From a virus (taxonomy: Duplodnaviria > Caudoviricetes), in IMG/VR virus record IMGVR_UViG_3300044641_006127, positions 1 through 34,110 of that record: a stretch of DNA of 34,110 nucleotides. One strand, given 5' to 3'. This document shows positions 26,019 through 33,349 of this stretch, piece after piece; the stretch's first letter is position 1, and the number at the start of each line of letters is the position of its first letter. The translations under genes were made by a program, and so were the position numbers. Under the pieces are notes generated by a model. The model ran no database searches. It was not told the DNA's origin and saw only the letters and a program-made list of their open reading frames with translations.

Positions 26019-27734
26019 TTGGCAGAAGAAACAGGAACACAAGGATCAGAATTTCCAATTTTTAAATCAGGAGAAGGTGCTTTCGATAGAGCAAAGTACA
26101 ATGAGCAATTAGATGCAAGCTTTGTATCTGATGGTATAAATGTTAGATTAACAGGAAAAGAAATAGATGATGATTTAAAAAAGAAGAAGAAATCTGCGGA
26201 TGAGGTTATAAAAGAAGCTAATAAATTTTATACTGAATCTTTTCAAAAAAATCTAAAAGCTTTAGACCCAGCTTATGATGCAAGTATTATATATTATTCA
26301 GAAGCTTATGCAGGGGATTTATCAGATAGGATTAAAATAAAAAGAAAAATAGAGGATGGAGAGGCATTAGACGGAAAAGAGATTTTCGAAATGTCTAAAG
26401 GATCTGCAGAGAATAAATTAGCAAATGCACAGATTCTTAAAACTGGTAACGTTACACAGATAGTAGAAAATTTAGGAATTAAAAATATAAAAGGTTATGA
26501 AAAATATGATGAAGTAAAAGAAGACTTTAATAGCAAACTAAAAGATGATAGTCTTAAATTTGATGATCTATTAAGTAAATTTTCAAAAATTGTTAGTTAT
26601 TTTAATGAAACTGGGCCTATGGCTGGAGAGTCTGCTGCTTCATTATATACACCAGAAAATAATTTAATAATATCAGCATTAGCTAAAATACTAGAAAGCG
26701 AAGGATTTAGTAGCGAAAGTGTTTTAGCTATGTCTAAAAGATACGAAGAAAATCTAGAAAAACTTATAGATAAATCAAAAAGTGGATCTATCGAGACAAT
26801 GAAAATGTTCAATGAGGGAGATATAGTAGCAGCTACTGTCCCTACGGAAACAGTTTCAGAAACTAGATTAGAAGAGAAAATAATTGCTACTGAACCTACT
26901 GAAACGCAAGCAGAACCAGTGAGCACGACAGAATCTTCTATTGAACCTATAACAAATATTATAGGACCAACTGTTGATAAAGGAACAACTGGACCTGATT
27001 CAGTATTTAATGAAACCAAATTAGGAGAAACAATAAGTGGTACAGGAGCTACTGGATTTATCGGGGCTACTATTAATTCTCAACCCCAAAAAATAGAAAA
27101 AACATTAGATAGCAGATATGATGATCTAATTAAAGATCTATTTGGTATAGATTTAGGAGCTGCTAGTGTAACTGGAGGAACTGGAGGAACTGGAAACGCA
27201 AAAGATTCTAGTAAGTTACAGACGGGGCAAGAAAAACTTGTATCAAATAAAGCTGAAGATTTATTTGGAATAAATTTTGGAGCTGCTAGTGTAACTGGGG
27301 AAATAGAAAATAAAGTATCAGAGAAAAAAATTGAAGAAACTAACCTAGGGACTAGAATAGAGAAAAAAAATGAAGTAAAAAATGAAACTTTACCTCCTTC
27401 TACTAGTAAAATAGAAACTAACCCCCAAAATTTATCTAGTGTAAGTACACCAGTAGAAAAACCTAAAGAGACAGAATCTATTGCTACTAACACTAATAAT
27501 AATGTAAACACTACTAGTAATATTGTATCTAATAGAGAAAATTCTGAAAATCCAACTACAGAATCTCCAAAGAGCGAAACCACTAACAACGAAAAAAAAA
27601 TTGAAGAAAATGGAATTGGAGAAGGAAATAACGAAATGTTAGAGACAATGAAAACTATATCTACGTTATTGATTCAACTTAATAGTACTATGCAAGGGCC
27701 ATTAATTGTTACACCATCAAATAAAAAGTTTTAA
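26019..27734 (+). CDS. Hypothetical virion/tail-associated protein: helical N-half, low-complexity T/E/G/N-rich C-half
   Basis: 571-aa ORF with TTG start; GGTATATA late-like box at 25996-26003. Confidence 0.75.
   Translation: MAEETGTQGSEFPIFKSGEGAFDRAKYNEQLDASFVSDGINVRLTGKEIDDDLKKKKKSADEVIKEANKFYTESFQKNLKALDPAYDASIIYYSEAYAGDLSDRIKIKRKIEDGEALDGKEIFEMSKGSAENKLANAQILKTGNVTQIVENLGIKNIKGYEKYDEVKEDFNSKLKDDSLKFDDLLSKFSKIVSYFNETGPMAGESAASLYTPENNLIISALAKILESEGFSSESVLAMSKRYEENLEKLIDKSKSGSIETMKMFNEGDIVAATVPTETVSETRLEEKIIATEPTETQAEPVSTTESSIEPITNIIGPTVDKGTTGPDSVFNETKLGETISGTGATGFIGATINSQPQKIEKTLDSRYDDLIKDLFGIDLGAASVTGGTGGTGNAKDSSKLQTGQEKLVSNKAEDLFGINFGAASVTGEIENKVSEKKIEETNLGTRIEKKNEVKNETLPPSTSKIETNPQNLSSVSTPVEKPKETESIATNTNNNVNTTSNIVSNRENSENPTTESPKSETTNNEKKIEENGIGEGNNEMLETMKTISTLLIQLNSTMQGPLIVTPSNKKF
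27135..27298 (+). repeat. Intragenic direct repeat (DLFGI.xGAASVTG twice) with ACTGGAGGA tandem
   Basis: Identical 20-mer GGAGCTGCTAGTGTAACTGG at 27156-27175 and 27279-27298. Confidence 0.85.
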
Positions 27735-27764
27735 TAATATGTTTACTTATTAAAAGAGATTCTA

Positions 27765-27772
27765 TATATTTG
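27765..27772 (+). promoter_or_regulatory. Bacteroidota -7 box TAnnTTTG (putative early promoter for the dCMP deaminase/sigma operon)
   Basis: TATATTTG followed by TAAAATAA, same context as 6355. Confidence 0.6.
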
Positions 27773-27797
27773 TAAAATAAAACCTAAAATAAAAAGT

Positions 27798-28070
27798 ATG
27801 AGTAAAAACTATGAGATTTCGAACGAGCTTAGACAGGCATCAGCTCAATTCCTAAAGGAATATTCGAACTATGAAAAATGTCTGCAGAATTTGGATAATG
27901 AGGAAAAATTGGAGTTTACAGAAGATGAAGTTAATGAGATATTAAATCTCCTTGGTGCTTTTAGGCTAAGAGACGTGTTTTCAATCGTAGAACGCTATAA
28001 AATCGAAGTCGTACCTTTAAAAGCACAAACTGATGATCAATCAGAACCTACCGCAAGCGAAGCAGAATAA
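27798..28070 (+). CDS. Hypothetical protein
   Basis: 90-aa ORF with A-rich start context. Confidence 0.75.
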   Translation: MSKNYEISNELRQASAQFLKEYSNYEKCLQNLDNEEKLEFTEDEVNEILNLLGAFRLRDVFSIVERYKIEVVPLKAQTDDQSEPTASEAE

Positions 28071-28470
28071 GATCGATTTATTGTACTTAAGAATGGCCAA
28101 AGTTTGGTCAGAGAATTCCCACTGTAAAAGAAGTCAAGTTGGGTGTTTAATAGTCAATAATCGTACGATAATATCCGATGGATATAATGGAACTCCATCT
28201 GGATTTCCTAATCAGTGTGAAGATTGCGACAACAACACGCTCAATACAGTTTTACATGCAGAAGCTAATGCTATAACAAAAATAGCTAAGAGTACAAATT
28301 CGGCGGAGGGTGCTACATTATATGTAACGCTATCACCTTGCTTTGATTGTGCTAAACTTATAATTCAGGCAGGGATTAAAAGGATAGTATACTCGGAAGT
28401 TTATAGAAAGACAGATTCTTTTAAACTTTTTGAGGAAGCAGGGATAGAAATAAGAAGATTAGAAATTTAA
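28033..28470 (+). CDS. dCMP deaminase
   Basis: S.C.R.QVG, GYNG.P.G, HAEANAI, PCFDCAK, IQAGI. Confidence 0.93.
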   Translation: MINQNLPQAKQNKIDLLYLRMAKVWSENSHCKRSQVGCLIVNNRTIISDGYNGTPSGFPNQCEDCDNNTLNTVLHAEANAITKIAKSTNSAEGATLYVTLSPCFDCAKLIIQAGIKRIVYSEVYRKTDSFKLFEEAGIEIRRLEI

Positions 28471-28486
28471 AAAAATTGGAACTAAA

Positions 28487-29107
28487 ATGGCAGTAAAAAA
28501 CATTCAAGAATTAGCGGAGAGCTTCATGAGAAGCTCATCAGAGAAAGATTTTGTAGAACTATACAAAAGAATCAAACCAGGATTATTAAATCATTGTAAA
28601 TCTATATTAATAGAACAAGAAGCTGCAGAAGATGCAGTTTCTAATACAATGGCTAAAATATGGACTAAGATCACACAGTATGATCCTATTAGAGGTAATT
28701 TTTCAACTTGGGTTTATAATATAGCTAGAAATGAATCTTTAGTTATTAAGAAATGCGAGGATCGATATATGCCTATCATACAAGAAATGGTAAGAAATTC
28801 AGATGACTCGGATGACCACGTAATAAAATCTAGTTCAAATATAGTTCAGGGGGATACCACATGCGATTATATAGCTATGGATAATGACGAGATGGAAGAT
28901 CTTTACTATAACGTCATAGAGAAGATGAACAATCTTCCTGAAATTTATAAAGACATCCTTTATGATAGGGAAATTCTAAGAATGAAATATCAAGAGATTG
29001 CAGATAAGCACGGAATGAAGAAAAGAGCTATAGCTACAAGAATCAGAAGAGCAAGACTAAAAGTCAGAGAAATGTTTCCTGGTGTTAATTTAACTTTTAA
29101 CGATTAA
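28487..29107 (+). CDS. ECF-type (sigma70 group 4) RNA polymerase sigma factor
   Basis: Region 2 AEDAV...KIW..YDP..GNFSTWVYNIARN; region 4 LPE.Y......YQEIA......TRIRRAR. Confidence 0.88.
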   Translation: MAVKNIQELAESFMRSSSEKDFVELYKRIKPGLLNHCKSILIEQEAAEDAVSNTMAKIWTKITQYDPIRGNFSTWVYNIARNESLVIKKCEDRYMPIIQEMVRNSDDSDDHVIKSSSNIVQGDTTCDYIAMDNDEMEDLYYNVIEKMNNLPEIYKDILYDREILRMKYQEIADKHGMKKRAIATRIRRARLKVREMFPGVNLTFND

Positions 29108-29108
29108 T

Positions 29109-29137
29109 GTAACTTTTCTGGTAGTATAATCTAAAAT
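29109..29137 (+). promoter_or_regulatory. Putative middle promoter GTAAC-N18-TAAAAT
   Basis: GTAACTT at 29109 and TAAAAT at 29132. Confidence 0.45.
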
Positions 29138-29149
29138 TAATAAAAAGTC

Positions 29150-29611
29150 ATGCAATATCCCTTTAAAAGAGTTATAAGAGACATAAGAAATTATTTCTTT
29201 GTGAGAAAGACTATAAAGAGTAATATGGGTTCTATAGAATGGAATAAATTTAAGCTTAGAGTGGATTGGGTCGGAAGAATTTACACGGTTATAAATTTAC
29301 CACCCGAGGTAATTTATTCTCCTGATACACCGGAAGAAATAAGGCCCGCATATGTTATCGAAGAATCTAGACCTCTAAATCAATATCTTACTAATTTAGG
29401 ATTATCAGAAGTTATTTTACCTGAAATAACACCCATACCAAAATCTGTTTCTTATCTTATTACATACACTCCAGCTTTTCAAAGATTATCTTTCAGATGG
29501 ATTTTTTATAGGATTGGATTAATTCTATTAGTTACATATCTTCAATACAAATTCGGATTAATATCTTGGATGCTTGGATTAATAAAATCCCTATTTGATG
29601 TCATTTTCTAA
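29150..29611 (+). CDS. Hypothetical protein with C-terminal membrane anchor
   Basis: LRVDWVGRIYTVINLP; hydrophobic C-terminus. Confidence 0.75.
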   Translation: MQYPFKRVIRDIRNYFFVRKTIKSNMGSIEWNKFKLRVDWVGRIYTVINLPPEVIYSPDTPEEIRPAYVIEESRPLNQYLTNLGLSEVILPEITPIPKSVSYLITYTPAFQRLSFRWIFYRIGLILLVTYLQYKFGLISWMLGLIKSLFDVIF

Positions 29612-30353
29612 TATAGAAATCAGAAGAAAAGCTTACCCTTGGGGAAGAGCTTATATTGTTGAAGGGGCTTTTGAAGCTCCTTTAATTCTGCCATCTGTTA
29701 CTACAGTTTTAAAACTAGTGAAAAATGAAAAATACGAAATGCTCAGAAAGCAATTTGGTGAAAAGAAATGGGATAAGATATTACACGATGCTGCAGAAAG
29801 AGGGAATGTAATGCACAGAATGCTAGAACTTTTTCTTCTCGAATGGGCAAAAGAAAAAAACGTAGACAGATCATTAAAGAAGGCACAAATATTTGCAATA
29901 GAGGAATCTAGAAGAGAAGAAGGGAAATTTGCTAAATATGTAGTTAAAGGAAGGGATCTTTTTTGGAACTTTTATCATGGCAAGTTTTGGGAGAATATCT
30001 TAGAGGTTGTAGATAATGAAGCTTTCCTATACACAACATTTAAAGGCGGATGGGCTGGTGCGTGCGATTTTGTTTATAGAGATCTAGAATATAATCTAAT
30101 AGTTGAGGATTTTAAATCATCGACTTCTCCTAAGGATGAGGAAGATATATTGAGCTATAAATTACAAATAGCAGCCTATATGTTTATGTGTGCTGAAAAA
30201 TATAAGGAAGTTCCTAAAGTTGGAAAGATCAGAATAGCAAATGAACAAACATCGGAAATTCAGACATTTGAAGTGCATGATTATGAATTAAAGGATTATC
30301 TTTCACAGTTCATAGATTTGTGTGAAAAATTCAGAGAAATTAATAATATCTAA
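29598..30353 (+). CDS. PD-(D/E)XK exonuclease (phage RecB/Cas4-like fold)
   Basis: PSVTTVL, RG..MH, E..LY, AGACD, DFKSS, Y.LQ.AAY. Confidence 0.85.
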   Translation: MSFSNIEIRRKAYPWGRAYIVEGAFEAPLILPSVTTVLKLVKNEKYEMLRKQFGEKKWDKILHDAAERGNVMHRMLELFLLEWAKEKNVDRSLKKAQIFAIEESRREEGKFAKYVVKGRDLFWNFYHGKFWENILEVVDNEAFLYTTFKGGWAGACDFVYRDLEYNLIVEDFKSSTSPKDEEDILSYKLQIAAYMFMCAEKYKEVPKVGKIRIANEQTSEIQTFEVHDYELKDYLSQFIDLCEKFREINNI

Positions 30354-30382
30354 GAAACTTTCCATTATAAATAACCTATAAA
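30354..30382 (+). promoter_or_regulatory. Putative middle promoter GAAAC-N18-TATAAA
   Basis: GAAACTT at 30354 and TATAAA at 30377. Confidence 0.6.
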
Positions 30383-30397
30383 ATATAAAAATACAAA

Positions 30398-30898
30398 ATG
30401 GCAAAAGAACCAAAAATGAAAGTGATTCAAGAAGAAGCAAACGAAGTTGCTCTCGAAAAATTCATCTCTAATGTTGATCAGGATAAAGTTGATTCTATTA
30501 AACAAGATCTAGAGGATTATAAAAAGAGTCTAGCAGGAAAAGAATATGCTGTGTCTATGACACCAGAACTTTTGGACAGATTTGAAGTCTATATGAGAGA
30601 TGAAGTTCAATGGAGATCTAAAGAAGCTCTTGGAGTTAAAGAGATTTTAAAAACTATCGGGAAATCGAAAAAAGAGGGAATTAAAGACGGTGTTGCTTAT
30701 TTCAATAATTTAGAAGTAGAAGCTTCACATTACTTCATTCTAAAAATGGAAGGCACAGGGGAAAGACAAATTGATAATTTTGTAAGTCTTTGGAAAACTT
30801 TTGAAGAGACATTAGTTCTAATTCAGCAAGATAATATGGTTGTTAAAGATCTTGAGCATCAATTAGCTGCTGCAGAACAAGGATTAGAGCTAGCATAA
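30398..30898 (+). CDS. Hypothetical helical protein
   Basis: 166-aa ORF with its own promoter and terminator. Confidence 0.8.
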   Translation: MAKEPKMKVIQEEANEVALEKFISNVDQDKVDSIKQDLEDYKKSLAGKEYAVSMTPELLDRFEVYMRDEVQWRSKEALGVKEILKTIGKSKKEGIKDGVAYFNNLEVEASHYFILKMEGTGERQIDNFVSLWKTFEETLVLIQQDNMVVKDLEHQLAAAEQGLELA

Positions 30899-30921
30899 TA
30901 AACCTCAAACCATAATATAAC

Positions 30922-30953
30922 AAAAGACTAGGAATATTCCTAGTCTTTTTTTT
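30922..30953 (+). terminator. Intrinsic terminator formed by a perfect 28-bp palindrome
   Basis: AAAAGACTAGGAATATTCCTAGTCTTTT (30922-30949) followed by more T residues. Confidence 0.85.
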
Positions 30954-30956
30954 GTG

Positions 30957-30964
30957 GATATATA
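30957..30964 (+). promoter_or_regulatory. Putative late promoter GATATATA
   Basis: Directly after the terminator, ending 4 nt before ATG 30969. Confidence 0.65.
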
Positions 30965-30968
30965 AGAC

Positions 30969-32186
30969 ATGAAGAAAAAATTGTTGCCTTGGCTCATAGC
31001 ACTTTCAGCATTATCAGTATCTGGTTCTGCTGCTTTTTATTCTGTATCTGGTTTAGGTAAGTTGTTTGCTGGAGCAGCTACACAGGTAATGGTACTAGCA
31101 GGAAGTCTAGAACTTGCGAAATTAGTTACTGCATCACTTTTGTATCAGTATTGGAAACAGCTAAACTCATTCCTTAAAATATATCTTTCTATAGCCACTC
31201 TAATATTGATTTTAATCACGTCTGCTGGGATTTACGGGTTCCTTTCATCTGCTTATCAAGAAACAGCATTTAAAGTCCAGAATCAGGATAAAAACATTGA
31301 AATATTGGATAAGGATATTTCGATGATGCAGACTGAAATTAAGAACTATGAATCTCGTATATCACAGAAAGACAGCAGACTAGCTCAGCTCATGACAATA
31401 AGAACAAATCTGCAATCAACACAGGATGTTCTTATAGAAAAATCTAAATCTACAACAGCGGTAAGAAAACAAATTACAGATATAGATTCAGAAATAAAAA
31501 GAATAGACTCAGAAATATCATCAATGAATGATTCCATATCTTCTAAGAATGTAAAAATAGGAGAGATCGAACGAAATAAACTAGGAGTAGCATCTAACTC
31601 AGATTTAGCAAAAGAAGTTGGCCCATTAAAATATATAGCTAATCTCACAGGAAAAAGCTTAGAACAAGTTGTAAACTGGTACATTATTGTATTAATGTTA
31701 GTTTTTGATCCATTAGCAATAGCATTAGTAATTGCAGCAAACTTCGCTTTTCAAAAATCTAAAGATGAAGACAAAGATCAACCAAATGATATAAAAGAAG
31801 ACAAAGAAAAAAAAGAAATTAAAATGAAAAAAATCTGGAATAAAATGAAAAATATGCTAAATATTTTTAAAAGCAAAAAAACGATTACACAAGAACAGAT
31901 AATTAATGACCCTATAGAGCACGAAGAATTAATTATAGAAAACATAATAGAGGAAGAAAAAATATTAGATATAGAAATTCCAACAGAAGAGGTTAAAATA
32001 AACGAGGTTGTAATAGAAAATCCAGTAGAGCCTAATATTATATTAGAAGAAAATAAGGAAGAGGTAGAGAATAAAGTAGAAGAAAAGGATAAATATAAAG
32101 ATAATACTTTTTCTATCGAAAAACAAAAAATTATCAGAGAAAGATTTAGAAATAATCCAGGGTCTGATCCCTTAAAATTAAAATGA
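30969..32186 (+). CDS. Membrane protein: three N-terminal TMs, long coiled coil, fourth TM, acidic tail
   Basis: AAFYSVSGL.KLFAG, LE.AKLV.AS, TSAGIYGFLS, EVGPLKY, VFDPLAI. Confidence 0.8.
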   Translation: MKKKLLPWLIALSALSVSGSAAFYSVSGLGKLFAGAATQVMVLAGSLELAKLVTASLLYQYWKQLNSFLKIYLSIATLILILITSAGIYGFLSSAYQETAFKVQNQDKNIEILDKDISMMQTEIKNYESRISQKDSRLAQLMTIRTNLQSTQDVLIEKSKSTTAVRKQITDIDSEIKRIDSEISSMNDSISSKNVKIGEIERNKLGVASNSDLAKEVGPLKYIANLTGKSLEQVVNWYIIVLMLVFDPLAIALVIAANFAFQKSKDEDKDQPNDIKEDKEKKEIKMKKIWNKMKNMLNIFKSKKTITQEQIINDPIEHEELIIENIIEEEKILDIEIPTEEVKINEVVIENPVEPNIILEENKEEVENKVEEKDKYKDNTFSIEKQKIIRERFRNNPGSDPLKLK

Positions 32187-32767
32187 TAAAACCTGTTTAT
32201 ACTACAAATCCAGTTAATATTAAATATCTAGATTGTAATCCTGCAGTCTATAGAAGGGTTAATTTTCAATCTTGTAATCTTGTAATAAAAGAGGGATCGA
32301 ATATTTTGTCTACTACTTCTTTGTGTGATTTTAAATTGGAATCATTAGGAAGTTCCGAATTAGGTGGATGTGGAGGATCTTTAAAAAAAAATGTGATATT
32401 AAGTGCATCTAATACTTACACATTAACAGCATCAGAAATTGGACAAGCTCAAGGGGAGGTTCAAATGATAGTGGTAAAAGCTACTTATCAAAAAAACCAC
32501 CCAGTTGAAGATAGACTTATATATTGGGAATATAAAGGGAATGTTTATCCATTAAATAATTTAATGATTTTAACTGGAAGAACGCAGGCAGAAATTGCAT
32601 GGCAAGGATGGGATTTAGGATATTATTCAAATAATCCTCCTAGTCCTATGTTTAGCCCACAGATTTTTCCTCAAATATCTTCACCAGATTTATCATTCGG
32701 AGGAATAATGTTCAGTAATCCTAATGATACATATGATATTGAACTAGAAATATTTGTTTTTAACTAA
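32183..32767 (+). CDS. Hypothetical beta-rich late protein, paralog A
   Basis: Shares motifs with the next ORF (FQ.CNL, SLCD, GEV..I..KA.Y, LTG, GWDL, GG....NP). Confidence 0.8.
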   Translation: MIKPVYTTNPVNIKYLDCNPAVYRRVNFQSCNLVIKEGSNILSTTSLCDFKLESLGSSELGGCGGSLKKNVILSASNTYTLTASEIGQAQGEVQMIVVKATYQKNHPVEDRLIYWEYKGNVYPLNNLMILTGRTQAEIAWQGWDLGYYSNNPPSPMFSPQIFPQISSPDLSFGGIMFSNPNDTYDIELEIFVFN

Positions 32768-33252
32768 TGGCAACACCACCTATAGTATGTAACACAATAC
32801 AATTTGAGGGAGCAATATTCCAAAGATGTAATTTACAGGTAATAAAAGGAACTACAGTTCTTAGAGAAATAAGTCTTTGTGATACTGATATAATTTTAAA
32901 TAATTACACATCTTTTAATGGGTGCATATATGGTAATTCGAGTCTTATTCTTAATTCGGAAGGATTAGGTGAGGTTTCATTTATAATGATAAAAGCCAGT
33001 TACCCATCAACGCTTCCAATATACAATAGATTTATTAATATCATTTATAACGGATCATATTTACCAATGTCAGATTTAACATTATTAACTGGAAATCCAT
33101 CAGATCTTTCTCCGTATTTTTTAGGAAGAGGTTGGGATTTAGACCCAAATGGAAGTGATATCGAATCACCATATTTTGATCAAGGAGGTATGTTATTATA
33201 TAATCCACATTCAGTTAGAGTTAACATTGAAGTTATTATTGGTGGAAATTAA
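32767..33252 (+). CDS. Hypothetical beta-rich late protein, paralog B
   Basis: Translationally coupled (TAATG) paralog of the previous ORF. Confidence 0.8.
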   Translation: MATPPIVCNTIQFEGAIFQRCNLQVIKGTTVLREISLCDTDIILNNYTSFNGCIYGNSSLILNSEGLGEVSFIMIKASYPSTLPIYNRFINIIYNGSYLPMSDLTLLTGNPSDLSPYFLGRGWDLDPNGSDIESPYFDQGGMLLYNPHSVRVNIEVIIGGN

Positions 33253-33322
33253 ATAAAAAGTATCGAAACTTACTTCTAAAAAGAACATTAAATAATAACA
33301 AAAAGGAATTTATAAAAGAATA

Positions 33323-33330
33323 GATATATA
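33323..33330 (+). promoter_or_regulatory. Putative late promoter GATATATA
   Basis: Exact octamer upstream of ATG 33350. Confidence 0.65.
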
Positions 33331-33349
33331 CTAAAAAAGCGAATTAAAA

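Noticed and set aside
29598-30353. Cas4 as part of a CRISPR system
   Set aside because: Lacks the four-Cys Fe-S arrangement, and there are no cas genes or array; it fits a common phage exonuclease.
388-31684. Shadow ORFs in the track (388-762, 902-1087, 4870-5094, 5253-5681, 6633-6830, 8186-8479, 9305-9700, 11072-11293, 12604-12918, 14159-14341, 17659-17901, 19040-19234, 23932-24153, 25085-25396, 25895-26101, 26597-27019, 27080-27589, 31385-31684)
   Set aside because: They overlap well-supported genes, mostly antisense, have compositions typical of reverse-frame translation, and lack motifs or promoters.
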